Source: Pseudomonadota bacterium (GTDB taxonomy: Bacteria > Bdellovibrionota_B > Oligoflexia > Oligoflexales > CAIMVM01). From it: a stretch of 28,626 nucleotides of DNA. The position numbers and the translations under genes are program-made. Below, piece by piece: positions 17,762 through 27,500 of this stretch. How positions within the stretch are numbered: position 1 is the first letter of the stretch; the number at the start of each line of letters is the position of its first letter. The notes below the pieces were generated by a model that was not told the DNA's origin, ran no database searches, and saw only the letters and a program-made list of their open reading frames with translations. The DNA is taken from assembly GCA_037142195.1 (NCBI GenBank), contig JBAXBA010000043.1:1-28626 (forward strand). Direction: 5' to 3'.

Positions 17762-18454
17762 TCATTCCTGTCCGAGAACTTGGTACTCTTCGGCAACAAA
17801 ATCAAGAGTCCCAGCGAACGCAGCCACTTTTTTTACTTCGGATACACTTAATTTTTGGTAATATGCTGGCATGTTCGCGAAGTGCTGACCATTGGTATTA
17901 AGTCCCTTGGTTCCAAAGGCAATGAGATTAATTCGGGCGGTTTCGGTTCGATTCTTTGCCAGATTTTGGAGATTTTCTTTTTCCTCGCTAGTTGCGCCGG
18001 ACTTGACGAAAACTTTAAAGGAAGTGCCTGTCAGCATTGCTCCAGTATGACATTCCGCACAAGATGCTTTGTAGATCTCTTCGCCCGTTTTTGCGGCACT
18101 TTCAGCTGATTCTTCTGCTAAATCGATGCAGGTTAGGCCTCCACAATTATTTTTAGCAGCGCATGTGTGTTCAAAACGTTTTTTGCTAAACTTATTGTAA
18201 GACAATCCTGCACACGTATTGGTATTGCCGCAAACCATATGGGTTTCCACCAGACCGCCTCGCGCGTCGCACAAACTAGTGAACTCAGCCAAACTAAGTT
18301 CCTGCTTCACAGGAGCATTTGGGTCTGCTGGTGGGGTTGCGCTTTGATACTTGTCGCTTGAGCCGCAAGCAGAGGCGAAAGACAATACTCCCCCCATTGC
18401 TGCGGCTAAAAGAATAGACTTCCCACAAAGATCATCTTGTTCTTCTGATTTCAT
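17762..18454 (-). CDS. Cys-repeat MNIO precursor-like lipoprotein fused to a class I cytochrome c domain (230 aa)
   Basis: AGGAG RBS, LLAAAMGGVLSFASA-C lipoprotein signal, repeats HMVCGNTNTCAGLS and HTCAAKNNCGGLT, then GEEIYKASCAECH and NMPAY...LSVSEVKKVAAF. Confidence 0.82.
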   Translation of the reverse strand: MKSEEQDDLCGKSILLAAAMGGVLSFASACGSSDKYQSATPPADPNAPVKQELSLAEFTSLCDARGGLVETHMVCGNTNTCAGLSYNKFSKKRFEHTCAAKNNCGGLTCIDLAEESAESAAKTGEEIYKASCAECHTGAMLTGTSFKVFVKSGATSEEKENLQNLAKNRTETARINLIAFGTKGLNTNGQHFANMPAYYQKLSVSEVKKVAAFAGTLDFVAEEYQVLGQE

Positions 18455-18495
18455 TCTCAATCTCCTATTTATCGAATTGAAAATCACACCTTGGC

Positions 18496-18524
18496 ATTAT
18501 ACAGCTGCCTTTTTGTTTTAGCAA
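18496..18524 (-). promoter_or_regulatory. sigma70-type promoter of the MNIO operon
   Basis: TTGCTA (18524-18519), 17-nt spacer, TATAAT (18501-18496), 41 nt upstream of the ATG at 18454. Confidence 0.7.
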
Positions 18525-18552
18525 AACTAGGAGACTTTTTATTTTCTAGTTT

Positions 18553-21201
18553 TTAATTCCCAAATGATGTTCTTATGTTATCTTCAGCTTTTTTCAAAAC
18601 GTCTCCCGCTTTTTCTGGAAACTTTGAACCGGCTCTGGCTCTATCAGGCCTTCCTCCGCCTTTTCCTTTTGCCGTTTCAGCTAATTCTTTAATCCATTCT
18701 CCCGCTTTTAATCGGCCATGCAAGGCAGGTCCTACAGTGACCAGGATCGATAAATCATCAGCATCAACATGGGTTAGAACTGAAATGCCATCTGTGAGTT
18801 TTGCAGCCATGGAATCTAAAAGGGAGGGCAAGGAGTCTTTGCCGACATCTGTGGAAGTTATGACGGTTCTAATTCCACCGATGGTTTTCGCATTAAGAAT
18901 TAGAGTATCCGCTAAATTGTTGGTCACGATCTGCTCGGATTGTTGCAGACGCTTTTCTAGTTGTTTCATTCGGTCTTGCATCTCTTCAAGGCGGGAGGCG
19001 AGTTTGTCAGGAGTTGTCTTGAGCAATTGAGCCATTTCTGCAACAGCTTGAGATTGAACCGTCGTATATTCGAGGGCTCCCATGCCAGTTACGGCTTCTA
19101 TGCGCCGGATACCAGCAGCCACAGAACTTTCAGAAATCACTTTAAACAGACCTATTTGTCCTGTTGCTTCGACATGGATCCCCCCGCAAAGTTCCTTAGA
19201 GGTTGGACCTAAATCGAGCACTCGTACATGATCTCCGTATTTTTCGCCAAAGAGTGCGACAGCCCCGGTGTGCTTAGCCGTTTCATAGTCCATAACCTTA
19301 GTTTCGCTTCGATGATTGAGCTGAATTTCTTGATTAACAAGCATTTCAATTTCTCTCAACTCTGAGTCTAAAATAGCTTTATGATGAGTAAAATCGAACC
19401 TCAATCGATCGGGACCGACAAGAGAGCCTTGCTGAGAAATTTGGGGGCCTAAAACTGATTTTAGTGCAGCATGAAGAAGATGGGTTGCAGAATGGTTTCT
19501 TTTGATGCGCTCGCGAAGCTTGATGTCTACTTGAGCCTTTAAAGCCTTAAGATTTTGAGGAATAAGCAAACCGCTGATCAGTTCTGCGCGGTGAATCGTT
19601 GTTTCTAAGACTTTAATCGTATCGACAATTTTGAGCTCAATATCTTTTCCGGTTAAGAGTCCCTGATCTCCTACTTGGCCACCGGATTCTGCATAGAATG
19701 GGGATCTATCAAGAACGAGATAAATTTGGTCCGCACGTTCCATAAACCGCGTGACGTTAACAGTTGCTTCCGTATCAGAATACCCTGTAAATACTGTATC
19801 CTTACTGGCATCAATAATGGTCCAATAGTCATCAGAATTAAAGGAGTTATCAAATTTAGCAGCACTTCGAGCGCGCTCTTTTTGAGCGGTCATACAGGCG
19901 TCATAGCCCGCTAGGTCCAATTGTAGAGAGTGCTCTTCCGCAATCATCGCCGTGAGGTCTACAGGAAAGCCATAGGTGTCATAGAGTGCAAAAATTTCTT
20001 CACCAGGTATAGTCGACTTTTGCTTCTTTTTAAGATCTGCTGCTAGCTTCGTAATGCGTTCGAGGCCATGGCCTAAGGTCTTCATAAAGCGCGACTCTTC
20101 AGCCAAAATAACTTGGGTGATGTAGGACTCTCGCTCTCTAAGCTCTGGAAATGCCTCTCCCATTATGCCAACTAAGGTGGGAACAAGTTTATGAATCACG
20201 GGATCTTTAAAACCGGCTTCATGGGCAAAGCGCGCTGCACGACGTAGGATTCTTCGAATTACATATCCGCGACCGTCATTGCCAGGAGTGACGCCATCAG
20301 CAATCGCAAAGCTTATAGCTCTTAGGTGATCTGCAATTACCCGATAAGGAGTTCCTTCGTCATTGTCTTTATAAGTCTTACCAGACATGTCAGCCAGTTT
20401 GTTGAGGATGGGCAGAAACAGATCGGTTTCATAGTTTGAGCCTGTTCCTTGGATCACGGAACAAACCCGTTCAAAACCTCCCCCTGTATCTACATGGCGT
20501 TGGGCCAACTCCTTTAAACTTCCATCAGGCAGTCTTTCATTTTGCATAAAAACGAGATTGATAAGCTCTATATAACGGTGGTTTTGTCCGTTAACGCCCA
20601 AAATGGGATCCGCAAAGGTTTCAGCTTGAGTGCTGAGATCACCGATGTCAAAATGAATTTCCGTACAGGGTCCACAGGGGCCAACGGGACCCATTTCCCA
20701 AAAATTGGGTTTGTCAAATTTCATAATCCGATTATGTTCAATATCTGTCTCAGACTTCCAAAGTTCCATGGCTTCGTCATCAGAAAAGTGAACGCTTGCA
20801 AAGAGTCTATTTTTAGGTAGCTTCCAAACTTCCGTAAAAAGCTCCCACATCCAAGCGATAGCTTCTTTCTTATAATAATCGCCAAATGACCAATGTCCGA
20901 GCATTTCAAAGAAAGTATGGTGGTAGTTATCGCGACCGACTTCATCAAGGTCATTGTGTTTTCCGCTTACGCGAAGGCACTTTTGCGAATTGTAAACCCG
21001 TTTTAAACCCTCTCGCGTATCTCCTAGAAGGACGTTTTTAAACTGATTCATACCGCTGTTGGTAAAAAGAATCGTGGGGTCATCCTTTGGGAAGATGGGA
21101 CTAGAACGAACAAAGCGATGGTTCTTTGATTCGTAAAAAGAAAAAAAGGATTTTCGGATATCATGGGAAGACATAAAGGGAATATTGAATTTATTGGTCA
21201 T
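18553..21201 (-). CDS. alaS: alanine--tRNA ligase
   Basis: Motifs DPTILFTNSGMNQFK, HHTFFEMLG, GPCGPCTEI, DTGGGFER, FYAESGGQVGD, NHSATHLLH, ELCGGIH and KGGGRPD. Confidence 0.98.
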   Translation of the reverse strand: MTNKFNIPFMSSHDIRKSFFSFYESKNHRFVRSSPIFPKDDPTILFTNSGMNQFKNVLLGDTREGLKRVYNSQKCLRVSGKHNDLDEVGRDNYHHTFFEMLGHWSFGDYYKKEAIAWMWELFTEVWKLPKNRLFASVHFSDDEAMELWKSETDIEHNRIMKFDKPNFWEMGPVGPCGPCTEIHFDIGDLSTQAETFADPILGVNGQNHRYIELINLVFMQNERLPDGSLKELAQRHVDTGGGFERVCSVIQGTGSNYETDLFLPILNKLADMSGKTYKDNDEGTPYRVIADHLRAISFAIADGVTPGNDGRGYVIRRILRRAARFAHEAGFKDPVIHKLVPTLVGIMGEAFPELRERESYITQVILAEESRFMKTLGHGLERITKLAADLKKKQKSTIPGEEIFALYDTYGFPVDLTAMIAEEHSLQLDLAGYDACMTAQKERARSAAKFDNSFNSDDYWTIIDASKDTVFTGYSDTEATVNVTRFMERADQIYLVLDRSPFYAESGGQVGDQGLLTGKDIELKIVDTIKVLETTIHRAELISGLLIPQNLKALKAQVDIKLRERIKRNHSATHLLHAALKSVLGPQISQQGSLVGPDRLRFDFTHHKAILDSELREIEMLVNQEIQLNHRSETKVMDYETAKHTGAVALFGEKYGDHVRVLDLGPTSKELCGGIHVEATGQIGLFKVISESSVAAGIRRIEAVTGMGALEYTTVQSQAVAEMAQLLKTTPDKLASRLEEMQDRMKQLEKRLQQSEQIVTNNLADTLILNAKTIGGIRTVITSTDVGKDSLPSLLDSMAAKLTDGISVLTHVDADDLSILVTVGPALHGRLKAGEWIKELAETAKGKGGGRPDRARAGSKFPEKAGDVLKKAEDNIRTSFGN

Positions 21202-21411
21202 GGATGATGATTCCTAGTAGCCAGTTAATAGACAGGTAAATGGCCGTAACTTTACCAGAACTGCGGGAAGTTCCAAGTGGTAACGGGAGGAAATCTTTCC
21301 ATCGCCAAAGGCAGTTGGGAGGAATTCTGCGGTCTCTGTATAGGGGCAATGGGCTAGCCGTCAAAATAGTAGATAAAATTAGATACTTATGTTAATTGGG
21401 CTGTCTTTCGA

Positions 21412-21439
21412 TCAACCGCTTTGCCGTTTTAGCCGATAC
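21412..21439 (+). promoter_or_regulatory. candidate sigma28/FliA promoter
   Basis: TCAA-N16-GCCGATAC upstream of the 21517 gene. Confidence 0.5.
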
Positions 21440-21516
21440 AAATTCAAACCCAGGGAAGTAAGTCCTTTTCAATTTCGTTCTGGTCGTTCTTCTAAAGGTA
21501 AAGGGGCCGTCCTTAA

Positions 21517-22476
21517 ATGAAGCAAATGGTTTATGTGGCCTCTGCGCTGATTTCTTTTCAGGCATCGGCGGGAGGATTTGAGAGGTCTGATCTTACTGCT
21601 AAGATAGGCATTGTAAATGGTGTGTCTGGCCTCCAGCTTAACGCAAAGAATAGCAATAGCACCGAAAGTGACCCAGAAGTTAAAACGGTAGCCCTAAATC
21701 CAAACTCCGTGGGATCCATAGGATACACGTTTTCCTACAAATACTTTGGTATTGGCTATGAGACTAAGGGTGGCACAGATAAGAGCTCCATCGAAAAAAA
21801 AGGCTATTCTGATAATGTCAGATATAGTTTTTTCTATGCCAGTCACAATTGGGCTGGCCAGGTCTATTACTTAAAATCACAAGGATTTTACACCCAAACC
21901 CCGAAGGTGATTCAACCAGACTGGACCTCGGATCGCCCCTTTCCCCAGTTTCCTAAAATGAAGGTTGAGAATTTTGGCACGAGTTGGCTGTATGCCCATG
22001 ACGCGAAAGACTTCTCGGCTGAAGCGTTAGTGAGTCAGTCGGAAAGGTTTAAAGGTGGATTTTCCGACTCACTACTCTATGGGCTCAATCTCGGAAAGAC
22101 TATCTTTCACGACGTGCCTAAGCTAACCGTTTACTTTAACGACAATACCCAATCTTCCATTGATCTGAGTCAAGTAGAAACCTTGTCTGTGAGTCCGCAG
22201 ATGGGCTACGGTTTCTTTTTAGGGCTTTATGATTTCTATGCCAGTATGAGCGTCCTACTTGGTCCGTCTTTAGAAGCTAGTCGACTGGGATTGGAACACA
22301 ACTATTCCATGACCCGGGGAACCAGTGTAAAAATGATTGGCAGTGCTGGCTATCACTCAAAATCGCTTTTCCTAACGATCTCTGTGTTTATTGATACCTT
22401 GACCAAATCAGCCGGAGACTTAGAAATTGCACCGAACCGAGTGTTTACCGAACTCGCTCTAGGGACCCACTTTTAA
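21517..22476 (+). CDS. outer-membrane beta-barrel protein, DUF4421-like
   Basis: Signal peptide ending ASA, PN....GY.FSY, Y....GFY and FS..A..SQSER patterns, aromatic alternating strands and a terminal F. Confidence 0.65.
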   Translation: MKQMVYVASALISFQASAGGFERSDLTAKIGIVNGVSGLQLNAKNSNSTESDPEVKTVALNPNSVGSIGYTFSYKYFGIGYETKGGTDKSSIEKKGYSDNVRYSFFYASHNWAGQVYYLKSQGFYTQTPKVIQPDWTSDRPFPQFPKMKVENFGTSWLYAHDAKDFSAEALVSQSERFKGGFSDSLLYGLNLGKTIFHDVPKLTVYFNDNTQSSIDLSQVETLSVSPQMGYGFFLGLYDFYASMSVLLGPSLEASRLGLEHNYSMTRGTSVKMIGSAGYHSKSLFLTISVFIDTLTKSAGDLEIAPNRVFTELALGTHF

Positions 22477-22478
22477 GG

Positions 22479-22964
22479 TCAGATCGAAACGGGATGGGCT
22501 TCGTCTCCTTCAAAAGGATTCTTGCGAGGGAACGCCATCAAACTTTGGATGAGCGGGACGTCTGCTGGCGCCCATGCAAGAGATCCTAATCTCCAAACCT
22601 CCATCCAAGCCCATTGATCATGGTCGACAAGGCGCAAATCAAAAGACAGCTCTCGCGTAGGAGAAGATTCACTCCCTGGCATTTTTGTATTTGAGTTGGT
22701 AAGTGCTTGAGCATGGTAAGCGATAAGATGGATGGTCTTTGCCGAATCTTTAAATTCGCTTGAGCCAAACTTGCGGCCCACCTCTACACAAAGATTTAAC
22801 TCTTCAAGCAGTTCGCGCTTTAAGCAGCCTTTATGGGTCTCACCCACTTCTAATTTTCCCCCAGGAAGCTCCCAAAGCCCAGAGTTCGTGCTACCCTGCT
22901 TCTTTCGAGCGCAAAATATGCGATGACCGTTCCAAATGACTCCGCAAATAACATCAATGACCAA
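22479..22964 (-). CDS. MutT/NudG-like (d)NTP pyrophosphohydrolase (Nudix)
   Basis: Nudix box WELPGGKLEVGETHKGCLKRELLEEL and C-terminal WAPADVP. AAGGA RBS precedes the TTG start. Confidence 0.9.
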   Translation of the reverse strand: MVIDVICGVIWNGHRIFCARKKQGSTNSGLWELPGGKLEVGETHKGCLKRELLEELNLCVEVGRKFGSSEFKDSAKTIHLIAYHAQALTNSNTKMPGSESSPTRELSFDLRLVDHDQWAWMEVWRLGSLAWAPADVPLIQSLMAFPRKNPFEGDEAHPVSI

Positions 22965-23130
22965 GAAACATCCTTCCTCAAGCTTTAAAGCTTTCTCAGA
23001 ATTAGCACTTTCAGGAAACCGTTTAGGAGCTCTTCCGCGCGTCCTGCTTATAAAACCAGCAGGTGATAGAACAGAAAAGGGAAGCCTAAACTTTCCTAAG
23101 ATTTCTTTAGTGAATACATCTACCCAATGC

Positions 23131-23158
23131 TAAACTAACCGCCTAGCTATTTCGATAG
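23131..23158 (+). promoter_or_regulatory. candidate sigma28/FliA promoter
   Basis: TAAA-N16-TTCGATAG, 13 nt before the tolC-like ATG. Confidence 0.35.
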
Positions 23159-23171
23159 GGGTACATGGTAT

Positions 23172-24587
23172 ATGAGGAAGTGGTTTTTCGCAGCTTGTTT
23201 TGTTTATTTGGGTTCCATCACTACTAAATCATCGGCTGCAGAAATGTCACTCGATCAGTATTTAGAGCAGGTGCAAAACTCTCACGAAGGCATGAAGGCC
23301 AATCAAACTTTAATGTCAGCTCAAGCAGATAAAAGTAAGGAGGCTGAGTTAGTCACAAGTTCTAATTTTTTTCTGAATGCACAAAATTTTTATGACGAAA
23401 AATATAACTCTCAGCCTGGCAGAGGCTCAAAAGTCGAGTCCAATGGACTCACATTTGGTGTGTCCAAGAACACTGATTTCGGACTTTCTGGAAAAATCAG
23501 CTACAGCCTTACTAAAACAAATCTTCCTGATGCCAAAAAGACCATAATTCCAGAACCTAAATATTATGACACCGCAACGACTATTGAATTGAATCAGTCT
23601 CTGCTCAAAAATGGAGATGGCTCAGATATTAAAAATACGAAGTCGTTACAAGTTGCCCAGACAGAAATGAATTATCAGATCGAAAAGATGAAGTACCGAG
23701 TCAGTCTTGCCGAGGCTGAGGCGGCTTACTGGAGGCTTGTTTTGGCTCGAGAAACCATAAAGTTTCAAAAAGAGAATTTAAAAAGAGCAGAGGCCCTGGT
23801 TTCTTGGCTTCAAAACAAGGTTTCCGCGAAGCTAGCCGACTCGTCAGAACTCGTTCAAACTCAGGCCATATTGGAGCTGAGAAAGCTTGAACTTCAAGGT
23901 GGCATCGATGAAGAAAAAGCCGCTATGAGAGCCTTCAATACAGCCAGAAATTTGGACAGTGCGGAGGTTTCTGAGTCCCTCACTCGAATGACTCCAGAAT
24001 TGGTAGACGGTCTTAAAATTCCTAACGCAGGGGTAAGACCTGATGTTTCCGCAGCGGAGCAAGCAGCAAAACTAGCAAAGGCATCGGCAGAACTAGGGCG
24101 TGATAAATACAAGTCATCCTTTGATGTTTTTGCAAGCTATGCATTCAATGGCCATGATGACCAAGCAGGTAAAGCCATTGGCCAAGGATTTACTCCAGAG
24201 AATCCCACGCGAGTTGTTGGCGTCAAGCTGACGGTACCTCTAGATGACACCAATGTGAGGACTGCACGAGAAGGATATGGAAAAGAAGCCGTTGCTGCGG
24301 AATATAATGCGAGTCGCAAGAGTTTTGAAGCGAGTCGTGAATGGGATGAACTTGTACGTAGGGTGGGTGAAGTTAAAAACCGCCTCAAATTAGTCGACAA
24401 AATGGAAGAGCTTCAACGAAAGAAACTCGAAATGGAGCGAAAGAAACAAAAACTGGGAAGGTCTGTTTTGTTTCAGGTTATTCAATATGAAACGGACCTT
24501 ATCTCCGCACAGCTAAATATTATTCGGACAAAAGGTGAATTGTTGAGCTTAGTCGCTAGAATGAAAATTTTTGGAGCTGAAAAATGA
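23172..24587 (+). CDS. tolC: TolC-family outer-membrane efflux channel
   Basis: Signal peptide and two helical/beta repeats (AEAAYWRLV, RPDV, VGVKLTVPL, LGRS...QVIQYE). Translationally coupled to the RND gene. Confidence 0.88.
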   Translation: MRKWFFAACFVYLGSITTKSSAAEMSLDQYLEQVQNSHEGMKANQTLMSAQADKSKEAELVTSSNFFLNAQNFYDEKYNSQPGRGSKVESNGLTFGVSKNTDFGLSGKISYSLTKTNLPDAKKTIIPEPKYYDTATTIELNQSLLKNGDGSDIKNTKSLQVAQTEMNYQIEKMKYRVSLAEAEAAYWRLVLARETIKFQKENLKRAEALVSWLQNKVSAKLADSSELVQTQAILELRKLELQGGIDEEKAAMRAFNTARNLDSAEVSESLTRMTPELVDGLKIPNAGVRPDVSAAEQAAKLAKASAELGRDKYKSSFDVFASYAFNGHDDQAGKAIGQGFTPENPTRVVGVKLTVPLDDTNVRTAREGYGKEAVAAEYNASRKSFEASREWDELVRRVGEVKNRLKLVDKMEELQRKKLEMERKKQKLGRSVLFQVIQYETDLISAQLNIIRTKGELLSLVARMKIFGAEK

Positions 24588-27500
24588 GTATTGCATCACT
24601 ATCCATTAAACGACCCGTATTTTTGACGTGCATTGTACTGCTTTCTGTGGTGATTGGTGTCCTTTCTTTTTTCAAACTTCCCGTGGATATTTTTCCAGAT
24701 GTAAACTTCCCGGTGGTCTCAGTCATAACGACCTACCCAGGCGCTGGCCCGAGCGAAATAGAAACTCAAATTTCTAAGGTTTTGGAAGAAGAATTTAACA
24801 GCATTTCTGGCGTTAAGTCTGTGCGTTCGGCAAGCTCTGAGGGTCTTTCAAGGGTCATCATTGACTTTACACTTGAGACGGATGTGAAATACGCAGAGCA
24901 ACAAGTCAGAGACCGCCTTGGTGCCGCGAAGCGTAAACTTCCTGAGGGAGTGAACGAACCGATCGTGCGCCGTTTTTCACCCGCAGATCAGCCTATCATG
25001 CAGCTTACGTTGTCGGCAGATCTTCCCGCAGGTGAGCTTTTCGATGTTGCCAATGAAGAAATTCGCCCCAGTTTAGAGCAGACCCCGCAGGTGGGATTGG
25101 TTGAAATCGTGGGTGGTCAGAAACGCGAGATTAAAGTAGAGCTAGACCGAGCTAAGATGCGCGAGTTTGAGGTTTCCGCAAGCCAGATTAGCCAAAAGCT
25201 AGGGGCTAGTGGAGCTAACGTTCCTATCGGCAAAGTGACCAAGCCTGATTCGGAAGTCTCCTTGAGGGCTATTGGTGAATTTAAGTCTTTAGAAGAAATT
25301 AAAAATACGGTTGTCAATTTTATTGGTAATGAGAGACCGGTGGCCATTAGGGATGTGGCCAAGGTAGTGGATACTCTTCAAGATGAAACTGCCAAGACCT
25401 ATCATAATGGCAAAAAAACCCTGATACTTTATATTTTTAGACAGAGTGGTTCCAACACGATACAAGTGGCTAAAGCCATTACCGCAAAGATTACCGCTTT
25501 GAACGATCGTTTAAGCAAGCAGCCTGGAGCGCCGCAAATCACCCTGGTGCGTGATGCTTCTCAGCAGATTAGGCTTAACGTTGTGGATGTGCAAGAATCT
25601 ATCCTTATCGGAATTGTCCTTACGATTGTTGTCGTATTTCTTTTTCTCGGAAGCGGACGCTCCACTTTAATTACGGGGCTTGCTCTGCCCAATTCCCTCA
25701 TTGGCGCCTTTATTCTCATGTCCGTTGCCGGATTTTCGATTAACGTAATGAGTCTTTTGGCATTGTCCTTGGCGGTAGGTCTTTTAGTCGACGATGCGAT
25801 CGTTGTGCGAGAAAATATATTTAGGCATCGAGCCATGGGTAAAACTGCGGTTCAAGCAGCTATTGATGGCACTAAAGAAGTAACTTTAGCAGTTGTGGCC
25901 ACAACTTTAACAGTAATCGCTGTTTTCGGACCTGTCGGGTTTTTAGGCGGAGTGGTAGGACAGTTCTTTAAACAATTTGGATTAACCATTTGTTTTGCCA
26001 TGCTGATTTCCCTATTCGATGCCTTAACTATGGCTCCCATGATGTCTGCTTATTTCGGTGGATCTCACCAAACCTATACCAAAGGAATTATGGGGGCAAC
26101 CGTCGGTCGCCTTCTGAGAGCCTTCGATGCTTTTCAATCGCATCTTGAAAACGTCTATGAAAGGATTTTGAGATTTTCCATGCGAGCTCCCATTGTCATT
26201 CTTATCGGAGCTCTCGTTATATTTTTTGCGAGCTTTGTCGCACTGAAACATGTTCCGAAGACGTTTCTCCCGCCCCAAGATATTGGCGAGTTTCAGGTGA
26301 CCTTGGAACTTCCTGCGGGTGTTTCTTTAGAGAAAATGAACTCCGTTGCCACTGAAGTGGACCAATTGATAAGGAGTAATAAGGAAGTATTGAATACCCT
26401 TCTTACAGTAGGATCTCGGGAAGGCGCTTCCAATTCTGCGACTTTTTACATAAATCTAGTGCCAAGAAAACAAAGAACATTTAATACCTCGCAATTTAAA
26501 GACCATATTAGAGAGCAACTGAAGCCGTATGCGTATGCTTCTCCAACTGTGGGCGACTTTGATGCGTTAGGGGGTGGTCAGCGTCCCTTTGCTGTTTATA
26601 TTATTGGCCCTGATCTCAAGCGGCTCGACGAATTGTCCAGCAAAGTCTTTCAGGCCTTAAAAACGCACCCTGCTTTGACGGACCCAACCTACGGAAACAA
26701 GCCAGGTAAGCCTGAAGTTCAGATTCAACTCGATAAGGCAAAAGCCGAGAAATACGGCGTTTCTACTACGATTGCGGGGGCAGAGTTAAGGACCCAAGTA
26801 GATGGAGCTACTCCTGTGGTTTTCCGTGAAAATGGCCGTGAATATGATATTCGGGTTAGGATGCAAGAAGACCAACGCGATCTTAAAAAATCATTTAATG
26901 ACATTCTGATTCCGAACATCAATGGACGACTGGTTCAGCTTAGGGATGTTGCGGTAGCCAAGGAAGATACGGCGCCGCTTTCCATCAATCGCTCCGATAG
27001 AGCCCGTTATATTTCCATTACTTCGGATATTGCTGCAGGTGGTCCAGGAATGGGAGCTGCGGTTACCGATGTGAAGCGTATGTTGTCGGAAGGGGAAACT
27101 CAACTTCCCCCGGGCTACCGTTATCAGTTTGTTGGCCAAGCCGAGAGCTTTCAAGAGTTGATTGTCAATATGGTCACGGCGCTCGTTCTTTCAATCGTTT
27201 TCATTTATTTAGTTTTAGCGAGCCTTTATGAGTCTTTTGTGGTTCCTTTGACGATCATGGTCGTTTTACCATTAGCTGTGTGCGGCGCCTTCTACTCATT
27301 GGCCTTAACAGGGAAGTCTCTCGACATCAACTCGATGATCGGTTGCATTCTCTTGATCGGTATTGCTACTAAGAACTCTATTTTATTGGTCGATTATGCC
27401 AATCAAAAAGTTCGAGAAGAAGGTTTAAGTTTATCAGAAGCCATGATTCAGGCAGGCAGGACGAGGCTTCGCCCCATTCTCATGACTACAGTAGCATTGA

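Noticed and set aside
18575..20954. Several antisense or alternative-frame ORFs inside alaS (likewise inside the GDH, acyl-CoA dehydrogenase, TolC and RND genes)
   Set aside because: These are shadow ORFs of well-supported genes and show no motifs of their own.
21202..21410. T-box or riboswitch leader upstream of alaS
   Set aside because: No T-box antiterminator consensus or leader terminator was recognised.
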